64,000 nt of DNA from Octopus vulgaris (lineage: Eukaryota), in contig OX597816.1 of assembly GCA_951406725.2 (NCBI GenBank), positions 111,228,001 through 111,292,000 of the forward strand, in the 5' to 3' direction. A program made the position numbers and the translations under genes. Under the pieces are notes generated by a model. That model did not search any database and was not told the origin of the DNA. It was given only the letters and a program-made list of their open reading frames with translations. Position 1 is the first letter of the stretch. Each line of letters starts with the position of its first letter. Shown in pieces: positions 12,271 to 24,125 of this stretch.

Positions 12271-12902
12271 TCAAACTTCCTTTCTCTACCTCACTCTTCA
12301 TGGATGGACTAACACAAATATATAAAGATACCATGCATTCATCACTTCAAGCTAAAACTTATATTCTTTAAATATCATTTTTACTATTGTTGTTATTACT
12401 ATCATTTTTATTATAAATGATATGACAATTTGAAATGCAATTGTCTATGCAGATTTATATTATTAGAAAATAATATAAATAAAGTGTTAAAATCTGAAAG
12501 TTAAGTTAACAAGCAATTATATAAAAAAGATAATGCAAATGAAGCTAAAATGATAGTTTTATAATTTGGGTTTTATTGAAGAACTCAAAAGAGTTGTCTC
12601 CCCTTACTCACAACACAGGAACTGAAGAACCAGGACCACAATTACTACTACTTCCTGTCCTGCAACATGCTGAATTTAACAACACAACACATCACATGCT
12701 CTTAATCCCTTTGGATCTTAACACCTCAAGGTAATTTTTTGGTAAACAACCATAAAACTCAAGATACACAACGAACTCACAATGTATCGGAGAACTTATT
12801 TTTCAATTTTTGTACATTTTTATCATTATTCTTTTACAAAAAACAATGCAATTTTCTTTTTTTCCCCTTTCTAATTTTTAAAAAAACTTCTTAAAACATA
12901 AA

Positions 12903-12943
12903 TATTCTTGACAAGTCATACAATGACGAAAACCGGTTGAATA
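12903..12943 (+). ncRNA. Minimal type I hammerhead-like motif in the Penelope pseudo-LTR (U3-A8 core variant)
   Basis: tattc-TTGACAA-gtcat(aca)atgac-GAAA-accggt-t-gaata: stem I tattc/gaata, stem II gtcat/atgac, palindromic stem III. The mirror copy is at 10675-10715 on the minus strand. Confidence 0.6.
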
Positions 12944-13080
12944 AATATATATTTATATATTTTATCATTTTCTCATTTTATTAAAATTTTCTTTCATTTG
13001 AGCATTCTGCATTTTTAAAAAGATTTTTCCTTACTTATCATTTCTCCACGTGCGGTCAACACAACCCCACCATTTATTGA

Positions 13081-13160
<80 letters not shown>

Positions 13161-13170
13161 TATATATATA

Positions 13171-13843
13171 CTTTGTTTTTGTCCGGGAGTCTCTATTTCT
13201 CTTTTTGAAGTACAGGAAATAGCTAAGGTTCTTTGGCTGCTATTTCTAAACTTCGGTATGTGGTAAAGCAAATCTTTGCTGAACTCTAATTATAAAATAT
13301 TACATAAGTTTACCGTGAAATGGTCCTTTTTCATGCCGAATTCTACTTGGTGAAATTATTGATTACTAGTTAATTAATTCATTTTACCCTTTGTTATTAT
13401 TGATAATATAATTTTCTCCTAGATTATAAACTACAGATTTTTTCTGTAGTATTTTTACTTGACGACGACGTGGATGGACAGGCGGTACTGGACGTTGAAT
13501 ATGATCTGTCTGATACTGTTCGTTGGAGAGGTACATTCAATTCTTCCAGTGCTTTCGGATTTAGTATTGTGAAGTCCCATGCTGAAGAGGAAAATGCTTG
13601 GGTAAAGTATAAATTCTACATTCTTTATACCGATCTAATTCCGAAACGCGTCCATGGGTAATCAAATATCGATTGATTTTCGTTATTTTTCCTCTCTGTC
13701 TGAGTGGGTTGTTTTCGAGTACTTTGTTTTTGTCCGGGAGTCTCTTTTTAAAGTAGAGGAAATAGCTAAGGTTCTTTGGCTGCTATTTCTAAACTCCAGT
13801 GTGTGGTAAAGCAAATCTTTGCTGAACACTAATTATAAAATAT
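13171..13843 (+). mobile_element. Non-coding, terminally redundant, hammerhead-containing element (retrozyme / non-autonomous Penelope-like)
   Basis: Direct repeats at 13171-13300 and 13722-13843 (period ~551 nt, a few substitutions plus an 8-nt indel), one internal hammerhead, (TA)n on both sides. Confidence 0.72.
13576..13658 (+). ncRNA. Type I hammerhead ribozyme with canonical core
   Basis: cccatg-CTGAAGA-ggaa...ttcc-GAAA-cgcg-TC-catggg. Stem I cccatg/catggg, stem II closed by ggaa/ttcc with a long insert, palindromic CGCG stem III. Predicted cleavage 3' of GUC at 13652. Confidence 0.82.
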
Positions 13844-14334
13844 ATATATATATATATGTGTGTGTGCGTGTGTGTGTGTGTGTGTGTGCGTATGTGTGTG
13901 CCTGTGTACGTGTCTCTCTGTCCTCTCTCTCCCTCTCTCTCCCTCCCTCTCTCTCTCCCTCTCTCTCTCTCCCTCTCTCTCTCTCTCTCGTTATATATAT
14001 ATATAATTAAGGTCACAGGGAGACATCCCTCAATTTCAGCATGCGTGTTATGAAAGTGACGATTTGAAGTCGTTCGACGATTTAGCATCTCTTTTCAAGC
14101 TTCCTATGCCCTATGCCCTTAATTATAATTGTATTTTGTACAATTATAAATTTCTATATATGAATTCACTTTAATAAGTCTATTTTGTATGCTGGACACC
14201 AATAAACTTTTTAACGATTTTATCCTTTATTATGATAATTGCATATATGTGTGCGCGTGTGTGTGTGTGTGTGTGCGTGTGTGATCGTGTGTGTACGTGT
14301 GTGTGTATGATTGTATGTATATATATGTACTTAA

Positions 14335-14608
14335 ATATAATTGTTAAACAGGACGTCAAACATTAAGGCAAGGCAAACATTTTAAGTCAAACAATATTAC
14401 TATAGGAAGAAATCCTATAATAATATTGTATATAAGGCGCAGGAGTGGCTGTGTGGAAAGTAATTTTCTTACTAACCACATGGTTCCGGGTTCAGTCCCT
14501 CTGCATAGCACATGGGGCAAGTGTCTTCTCCTATAGCCTCGGGCCGACCAAAGCCTTGTGAGCGGATTTGGTAGACGGAAACTGAAAGAAGTCCGTTGTA
14601 TATATGTG

Positions 14609-14649
<41 letters not shown>

Positions 14650-14915
14650 TTGTGTGTCTGTGTTTGTCTCCCCAACATCGCTTGACAACCGATGCTGGTG
14701 TGTTTACACCCCCGTAACTTAGCGGTTCGGCAAAAGAGAACGCTAGAATAAGTACTAAGCTTCCCAAGAATAAGTCCTGGGGTCGATTTCCCCGAGTAAA
14801 GTGGTGCTCCAGCATGGCGGCAATCAAATGACAGAAACAAATAAAAGAGTAAAAGAGTAAAGACTTGAGATGTTTGCCTTGCCTTAATGTTTGGCGTCCT
14901 ATTTAACAATTATAT
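14335..14915. repeat. Short palindromic element interrupted by a SINE
   Basis: 14335-14388 is the reverse complement of 14862-14915 (few mismatches). Central hairpin acaatatta..tatagga/tcctata..taatattgt at ~14391-14429. Confidence 0.8.
14435..14861 (+). mobile_element. tRNA-derived SINE (family B) with internal (TA)n/(TG)n microsatellite
   Basis: Head ggcgcaggagTGGCTGTGTGG...GGTTCAGTCCC; body gggcaagtgtcttc..ccgaccaaagccttgtg; tail cagcatggc..tgacagaaacaa(taaaagag)n. Tail-only copies at ~6370-6412, ~36680-36722 and ~55105-55157. Confidence 0.85.
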
Positions 14916-15045
14916 CTCCACTGCATAACCATCCCGGCTGTAATCTTGGAGCCCCAATAATCCGTTGCAGCACTTACCTAGCGTACCTAATCGTTTAAAT
15001 CACCTATGAACTAAACCCCAATACTTCATATATATATATGTATAT

Positions 15046-15085
<40 letters not shown>

Positions 15086-18000
15086 TCATTCGCGTGTTAA
15101 CCTTGGAGTTTACCCTATTAAGCTCAGCTAGATGTCCAGGCTATCAAACAGACAGAAATCAGGAGATTGTTTTATCAACAAATATCCACATAGTTTTTAC
15201 AATTACACACAAGAATAACAGAGTGAGTCAATTTACAATAAAAGCATCTGAATTCGATCTCATGAATATTGCTGTATTGTATAATAATATAAGCAAATAT
15301 TGATTCTTGAGATGTCATTGACACGTACCGACTTCGACTCTTCAGAATTAATTATAAAAGGTATTTGCCCTAGATATTTGAGTTATTAATAATTTATATG
15401 TATTTCGAGTTGGGCGTGTTTACAGGCTTATATTTGTATAATACGAGCAAATAAGACCCTGGTTTGAAATTAACTGGTCAAGAAGAATGAATCGAAATGA
15501 GAAGAGAAAAAGTTTGAAATAAAAATAGTAAAAAGAAAAGCGGTTTTTATTTTTAGGCAATATAATAAAATATAGGCTTGTCAACAGTTTCTTTTTCAAA
15601 AAGTATTCTATAGAAATGTCCTTCAAATTGTTTTTATCGCTCTTAAATTATATTTATTCTACCAGCTATTTAGCTATTTAGGTGAGGAATCGTACACATA
15701 CGTTTATAGTTTTATCACAGTGAAATCTTATTGAATGCTACATTTTAGCAATCAGCCTCATTTTGGCGAACAGAATTAACTGAAAAAAAAAAAGAAAATC
15801 GATATCAAGGTAGTGTCTAAATCTGTTTTAGAAAACAATTCTGTATTTCTCTTATCCATTGGCAAAGTTGTTAAATCGCCTAGTAAAATACATTGCGCTT
15901 TTGTCACATTTGCCTCTACACTCTGGCTTCAAGTCCTGCGTAGTTTTGTTTTGCTTTCCATTTTTCCGGTGTCAAGATATAAAGTGAAAGCTCACAGCTG
16001 GTGTCGCCTTCTCTCCGCCAGCTGTCTTGGATGTTGCCCTATGTCAAGTATGCAAGAGGCTTTCGGCTCTTGCATTTTTGTGTGTCTGCTCGCGACTACA
16101 TTGACAAAGAATACAACATTTATTACATAAATTTTCAAAATTTTGTAGAAAAACTGAATCCAAACAAACTGAGGAGAGTTTAGGTCAGCAACAATTTATC
16201 ATTTCATAAATCTCTTTGCATAAATTTCGAATCACTACTGTGTGTGATACGAAACCCAGATCATTTATAAAGATTAGAAGTTTATTATTTACTGAGATAG
16301 AGAATGTAGTATTGCCAAAGAAATTTTACTCAGCAGTGAATATTGTGTAATATTATTCTTGAAGATCCCTTTTATTTGTTGTAGTTGCCATTTGCTTTAA
16401 AATCCTAACTAAGCATATATTCTTCTTTATCTAGCAACACGGAAGAAAATACGAGAAAATAGCCTTCCACCTTTGAAGTGCGTTTAGTTCAAATGTATTT
16501 TGTACTTAATAAAAGATCTCAGTTTCAAAGATCGTCAATTATCATGGTCTTCTCTTTCAAACTTTAACAATAGCTTGCCTTGTGGTTACAGGTATTATGA
16601 AACAACATGCTTATAGCCCTAGGCGAATTGACTTCAAGATCGTAACTTTTACCTAAGAACTCATGCTAGGTTTGGATGTAATGGTGAGATAATTTTTTTT
16701 AATATCAAAAGGTTTTCTTTATTTTTAACTAACAGAAGCTCGTGTTTGACCTTTTTATGAAGTCATCCCCTCTTTTCTTAATGATAAACATTCACGTAAC
16801 AAATTATCGATTTTTTAAAAACTTTTCCTGAAATCATGAAAGATATCAATGCCCTTTTCGAAAACAGCAAACTCTTTCAATGACTCTTAAGTCCACGTTA
16901 GGATTTTTTTTAATAGTGTTCTATTGTCTCCAAGTTGCATGCCGGGTGGATTCCTTGGTCGGCAGTTAAGTATCCTGCAACAGTAGGATATGGGATATGC
17001 TACTTTTCATTAGAAAATGCAAAAAATATCCCATCTGAATTGTAAAATTCTCTCCTTGAATAGTTGAAGTGGTGTTTTGTTTTCGTATTGATTTTATAAA
17101 TCGTATTAGTGAAAGTAAAATTATTGAACATACAAAGGCCTGGAAATAATAGTAAATAAAAATTATCCTTATCCGTAAATTTTAGGCTTGATATTTAGCG
17201 ATTAGTTTTTATCCTTTTTTTATTATTCAATAGTTATGAGTCTAATGACTTCTCATTGTATCCTTCAACCGAAACCTGGGGACCTCTTTAGGCGACTGGC
17301 TAACACCTTCAGTTCAGAAAGATACAAACATATATATGATGCAATTAACTTAATGAGATTAGCAGATACACACTAACTGACGATAATTAAAATTAGCAGG
17401 CACTTAGTTATTTCTATTATTTAAATATATGTTTTGTTTGCTGTTATCTATATCGGTTGTTGTTTTTAACCCGGTCAGCGCCGGGTTAAAATACTGGGGT
17501 CATCCAGTATTTCTTCAAATATAACATCCAAAGCATTTTCAGGATCCTTTTTAACTATTGGTTGTGAGTTTAAGATTTGGTTGCTATTTCTGGCAGGCTA
17601 AACTACCATTAAAATGTTACCCCATTATTTTGTGTCATTAGTGATTTATTTATAACGCAGTAAGATTTGAAAATATATTAAAACATTTTGTACACAATAG
17701 ATGCCATTTCAACTATAATTGGTCGAAAATTAGAGACAATTTCTAAATTAATTAGCTGGGATTTTTACAGGGTGGGTGACGCCTGTTTATGGCAAAGTCT
17801 ACAGGCATGAGTATGTTGAAGCTACCAGTAACCGAGCCTGTCCTATATGCTCACTGGGAAAAACGAAAGCGCCCAGCATGCATTTATTCAGTGTTCGTGT
17901 ATAACTGATTTATAGGTTTATGTTGAACAATTGTTACCACTTATATAACTGATCCTATAATCAACCGAATCTATGGTGAAGATCAACCTACCACCTTCCG

Positions 18001-18535
18001 GGAAAATGTTTTTAAAAAGTTACAGAGGTTTAAAGTTTGATCATTTTCATCCAGTCAAGAAACAGGATTTCAAAGCTGTCATTTTTTGTCAACATCCTGA
18101 AAATAGCACTTAGGTTTTAATATTATTAAATTATTATTAAATATTATTTAACCCCTCATAACTTATTACAATTTTCGAAATTATCATCATACGTATTAAT
18201 ATATTATTATCATCGCTGTATGTAAGAAAATTATGAGTTAAGCTACTGATAAGTGGAGTCTGCTTATGACCATATTTTTCTTCAAAACCATTATTTCCAC
18301 CGTGCTAAATGAGATATGGAACGAATATTTGCATGTTCACTCTTTAGACGTCTGAACTTGTCTAGACGTGTTAAGAATATATATCAAATATTTCTTCCAG
18401 ATCTCGTTGTACACAGTGCAAATAACGATTTTTGATCGGTTGGTAGATATAAGCACGGATCACCAATCAGAAAATAATTCGTTTGCTGAATATATGAACA
18501 AAGCCATTGGTTTTTTTCTGTAGGCTCACAGTTAC

Positions 18536-18686
18536 CTCTGGCTGATTAGACACATTTCGAAACACCGATGGCCCAGAATGCCGTTTGACAATGTGCTGAA
18601 TGTGTTGAGCACAATATCATCATAACAGTAAGAAGTTATTCCTTTATGTCGCACATAACAGAAACCAGCATATTTTGCGTCTGAAC
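18536..18686 (-). CDS. Candidate internal coding exon, Cys-containing (possibly an extracellular PAN/apple-like module)
   Basis: Minus strand tcttagcag|GTTCAGAC...CAGCCAGAG|gtaact, 151 nt, phase 1 to phase 2, open frame GSDAKYAGFCYVRHKGITSYCYDDIVLNTFSTLSNGILGHRCFEMCLISQR. No partner exons were identified. Confidence 0.25.
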
Positions 18687-18910
18687 CTGCTAAGATGTGT
18701 TGAGAATAAATAAGCAAATATTCATATTGTTTTAATAAATATAAAGAAGACATGAACATCGCAATCTCATACAAAACGTTAAGTAATAATTTCAACTTTT
18801 TTGTTTAGTTTTGTTCTTATTAACAACGCAGTTTCTGCTGGATTTCATAAACGCTATTTTCAATACAGTGTAAAGTTTAAATTCAATAAAATTGGTGGAA
18901 GTCTATAATA

Positions 18911-18979
18911 GAATTCTAAGTTGTTTTCTCGGCGAATTCTAAGTTGTTTTCTCAGTGAATTCTAAGTTGTTTTCTCGGC
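18911..18979. repeat. 23-bp minisatellite x3
   Basis: gaattctaagttgttttctcggc repeated three times with no spacers. Confidence 0.95.
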
Positions 18980-19966
18980 GACATTGCCATAGCTAAAGCC
19001 GAATAATTCATTTGCCTTTAGTTTTTCAAGCAGAAAATGCCCCCACTTTATTCTTGGGTGATTAGAAACGGTTCATGTAGAACAGCACTCAACTATTTAA
19101 AGCATAAATAAATAAACAGTGTAATAATTTATATTTGCATAGTCAATCTCCGGATCTTTGCATCCCATGTCATGATAATTTATTTACTTAGAATAAAATT
19201 GTCTTTCAAAATGGAAGGAATGTCAAGCTATAATATTCTTCTATTCCATAAATATATGGCCTTGGGTATAAGAAAAAATCAATGCAATTGTTTATATATA
19301 TATATAGCTTTCATTTATCCTCGGGCATATTCCATAAACTTCGTTATTTTGGGGTTCAGATGCTTTGGTTAATCTCTAAAAATGTTATTTTCCTATCAGT
19401 TTATTACTAATCGATGCATGAGGAACGTTATTTCCTATATCCAGTTTAATAAAAATCATAAAAGGATATTTTTTTTATACTTTCCATAATGTTCACCTAG
19501 CTGAACTATTCAACATTGCCGCAAAGTGGACTGGGGTTATGAAATGGTCTAATAACAGCGAGATCCCAATAGATTCTTAACTTTTAGATATAGTAAAAAT
19601 AAGGAGAAAAGAAGTGTTCGCTGTGTATTTAGAGGTGAGCTGAAAGAGATTTTCTAATTTGAAACATTTGCCCCAACTAGAAGGTGACAATTTTCTAGCT
19701 AATCTATTAGGGATACATTTTCCTTAAATCCTAAATAAAAACAAAATGGAAAATGATAGTGAAAAGAGGGAAGATATTGAACGATATAAGGAATTGCCGA
19801 AAAGAAAATGAATAAATGTGAGGAAAAGAAGACAAGAGCTTAGTTTTAGTTTAATACTGATATAAAGAGCAAACTCAAAATAGATTACGTTTCATATCAA
19901 TGTAGAGGACTGTATATTTATAAATCTTTTACACGGTAAATATAATAAATAACGCACGTGTACACA

Positions 19967-20009
<43 letters not shown>

Positions 20010-20134
20010 GTGTATGCATACATACAGAAATGTATATATGTATATATATAGAGAGAGAGAGTGAGTGATACACACATATATATGTGCCCATACAAATGTA
20101 TGCATGTATACATACATATATGTGCGTGTGCGTG

Positions 20135-20171
<37 letters not shown>

Positions 20172-22848
20172 TAAATGAATTAACTGGTTAATCGATAAGA
20201 TTTTCACCGTAAAGTTGGTATTAAACATATGCACCAATGTGAAACAGAATGAGAAGTAGGACCTGTGACAAGTCAAGCGATTCATTTATCGGTTACCGGG
20301 ATTAGAGTATATAGGAAATTTGTTCCATGACATAGCGGTCTTCTAAAACCGGCGCCAACCAAATCGTGAAGCGTGCTTAAGGCTGTAATGTTTTGTATGT
20401 ATATCCTCGACCTTCTGTACAATATTAGCTGTATCACGTTAATCTATCTACAGTTGCTACAATGCACATGTTTAGTGCAATTGGCAATTTGTGGCAAATT
20501 GTGCAACGAAGGGTTTGGAAGTGCAGCATAGTGTGATATTTTGATTCATATTAGTAGAATCTTGCACATGGTGAGATTTTTCTAATGCTGCAACAAAATA
20601 TGAGTAGAATTTAGGTGGCGTATGTATTGTTATGAATGATAAAGACGTTTCACATCGACAAAGACAATCACCAAAAGCAGCTGCTTATAAATAAAAACAG
20701 AGTGACACTCGGTCAAAAGCTGCTTGATCATTCGAAGGCTACTTTACGTGGAATTAGTGCTTCTACTTCAGCTGATACGCTACAATGGTTTGTATATCGG
20801 CAGTGAGAGTTATGTTTTGGCACTATTTCATATACAATAGTTTATGTTTTGGAGGTAATTTTCAAACCTATGTGTTTACATTTTCTAAAGCATCTCCAAA
20901 TTTTTCTACTTTGGAGTGGTAATAAATTGAGTACATGCAAATTTCAGTCTAGTATATCCCTGAAAGTTATCAACTCGCTTTCTTATTTAATTTGGAGTTT
21001 CTTTCAATTGGTTTACAATGTATCACAGCTCATTCATCTAAATATATTTCACAATCGAATCACTCTAGAATATATTAGCTATCATCTCCTGCATTCCTTT
21101 ATGTTTGAAAAGCTATCGTTTATATTTTAGATATATATAGGACTCAATTACATTCAGCTAAATATTGTATTTTATCATAACATTGACTGATTTTAATTGT
21201 TTACCTTAGAGATAAACAATAGTTTTCTGGCATTTTCAAGTGTTAATGATTTGTTATTTTCAAAATAGATTCCATCTGCAAAACACTTGGTACCAGTAAT
21301 ATTATAACAGATAACTATCCTCTTGTAGAAACCATGTAACCCCTTCTAATATTGTTCAGAAATTCAGTTAATAGGGCAAAAGTTAAACCGAGAAATATGG
21401 ACGTGGGCAAATAACTTAACATTTTATTCCAGAAAATATCATCCCGATTATTTGTTCAAAATCTGATTTACTTTTTTAGTTATTTGTTTTTATTTTTATT
21501 GTTATTTTCTACGGTGCGATTAATGTAGACGTATTCTTTCCGGAACACTAAAGTATATGAAGAGATATTGATGATGTGCTTTAGAATGTATGGAGTGTTG
21601 CTAGTTTTTTTTCTTTCTTTAAATAATGTAGATAGTTCTGCGTTTGTATTTTATTGTGTGTTCCACGCCTGAACCCCTTCTTTTCATTTGGCTTCAGTTC
21701 ATTTAATTCGAAGAATTACGAAATTATTTTCTTCCCTGTCCATCTTAGAGTGTCATTGAGAAATGAACTATAGAAATAAGTCCTCAATTTCTGGAAGCAT
21801 ATATTTATGTGCAGCGTGATATTAGTTTTGATATGATGTGTATTTGGCGATGCAGCACCGGAGATGAATTGTATATCTTTATTAAACCTTTAACCAATGT
21901 GTATATGTCCTGAAAGTATGTAGGTGTTTTATTAAAGAGTTTTATATTGAATCTATTCCAAGCATCCGTTTTTCCTTATACCTTGCAGGACATCCGTCTC
22001 TTTCTTCTTGATGACTCATATTGCTTATTTGTTTAGATTATCTATCTTGTAGATTTCTATGACTGTATGGGATTTCTATATTTCATTTATTATTATTGTT
22101 GTTGATTTTTGTTGTGAATTTAATTTGGTTTCTCTATATGATGCTACAGTCAAAGTTAGATATTTTACTTATCGCGTGGATTACTTCGTAAATAAGAGGA
22201 TTTTCATGATTTGCATTTATGTCAGAGTCTTTAGCCTTGCTATTGTTTCAGAATTCTATTTCATTACAGTTATATTTTTACTATCACGTGAATTTGCATT
22301 AGGGTTATTTTTTTCAGTTTTGATTTATTTGAGTATCCTAGCTTCTATGTGATTACAGTTATTTGTATAAATACCTAAGGGGATAATTATATGATAACAC
22401 TAGAGTTAAAACCGCTGCCTATTTGCCATTGATAGATTCGCAGGGGTTCTCTTACCCTGAAGTAGCCATCTAAGTCGCCAAACTACAAATATGTATCTCT
22501 AAATAATTGCCATGAGGATTTACAGGCTCCTATTGTAAATATTAAACAGCTGAAACTCTACGTGATGGAAAAGTAAACATTCACAAAACTCGTTTTACTT
22601 TTACTGTATGCAGTCAGTAAGCCTTCATGAGTTTAGCAAGTAAAATTCGCACAAACGTTCACATACATACAAGTATGTATTTGTGTGTATGTTGGTGGGG
22701 CTTGTTGGTTGCTTGTGAATGTGCATGCGATTTCTTAAAGGTATTGGATCGAACGAAATTTGTTTTGTTATGAATAAGTATTAGGATATATTGTGTATGA
22801 ACTATGTAGGTGTATTTGTGGGGACACACACACACACATATATATATA

Positions 22849-22910
<62 letters not shown>

Positions 22911-24083
22911 GACCGCTGCTTTTCGGGCGATTATGATCCCTGTCAGCATGTATGTATACAATTATGTGCCTTGACTGCAGCATTAGAGCGTTGAGCTCAC
23001 ATTTCTAGCAATGCAGGTGTTTCTAACGCCTTTAATCATATTTAATGACGGTCATAATTTTCCTTTTTGGTACACGTTGCCTACAGCTGCCTACATTAAT
23101 TATATATAAATAGACATATACATGTATATGTTCGCTTTATCGGGATTCCTATTTAAACAGTTCTTGATATTTCTTCACGACATGATTGTTTATTTACTTC
23201 TTACATTTTGTTTTACAGTAGGAGGGATTCAGAAACTACAACACCATTATATATTGTCAATAAAGTTAATTTTTATTGCTCAAGTAGGAGTTTCCTCGTT
23301 CCCTACTATAAGCAGATGATCGGTATCGAATCTATTTTTCTCTGTCTCGTCTTTGAACTTAAGTCATAATATTTAAACGTAAAGTTTTGAAATGTGTAGA
23401 AAAGATATATTTTCCTTTATTGTTTTCCAACGAACAGGCACAGAATTTACTGGATAAAGAATTTTTGTAATTTCCTTTTTTGGGGGTGGGGGCCTTTGTT
23501 TCTCGCTTATGAGACTTTATGGTCGTGTCTTATAGTAGAAAACTTAAGTAAAATTAAAAATAAATAGGGATGAATGTTATTTAAATCGGAAATTAAACTT
23601 TTATTATATTCCCCTTTTAGCGGGTTCAATTTAATGTAAAATTCGAGTTTGCCAATACAAAAAATCGTGAGAATCAAAACGTCTATATATAGCTATCTAT
23701 GTCTGTCAGACAGATTATGTATAAAGCAACTAAAAGTTAATTATCAACAGATCAAAAACAGCATTGAGGAAACTTGTTAGGGGTCTGCGTTGCAGAGAAT
23801 TTTAAGTTTATAGGTATAAGAATTTGGCCAGATTCAAGAACCTCTCTGAAGAATTTAGTATACAGTGCTATTGTTATTCAACTTGAAACTTTGGAAACTG
23901 CAATGTTGCGCTTCAAAATACTTGTGGACTGTTTGATACAGGTGAGAAACACTGCCATTTTTAAACTCTTATTTATGTACAGCTATTCAATTTAAAGGTT
24001 GCCAAATCAATGTTTTCCTCTCTCTTCATTTCTCCTATTTTTCTGGTTCTCCTCCTCCCTCTCTCAATATCTTTCGTGCTCTC

Positions 24084-24125
<42 letters not shown>

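Larger units (their letters stand above)
10583..13082 (+). mobile_element. Penelope-like element (GIY-YIG, probably Neptune-type), 5'-truncated, with inverted pseudo-LTR, inserted in (TA)n
   Basis: Near-identical inverted arms at 10583-11399 and 12219-13035, a unique 47-nt 3' tail at 13036-13082, (TA)n on both sides, and an internal RT-thumb + GIY-YIG frame. Confidence 0.92.

Noticed and set aside
18911-18979. Possible CRISPR-like repeat
   Set aside because: Contiguous 23-bp units with no spacers, no cas genes, eukaryotic context.
21400-22370. Strand-biased segment that looks like decayed coding sequence on the minus strand
   Set aside because: No recognisable motif could be read in any frame.
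22505-22570. Hammerhead-like string (catgagga...gaaactc)
   Set aside because: The core and stems are too degenerate to support.
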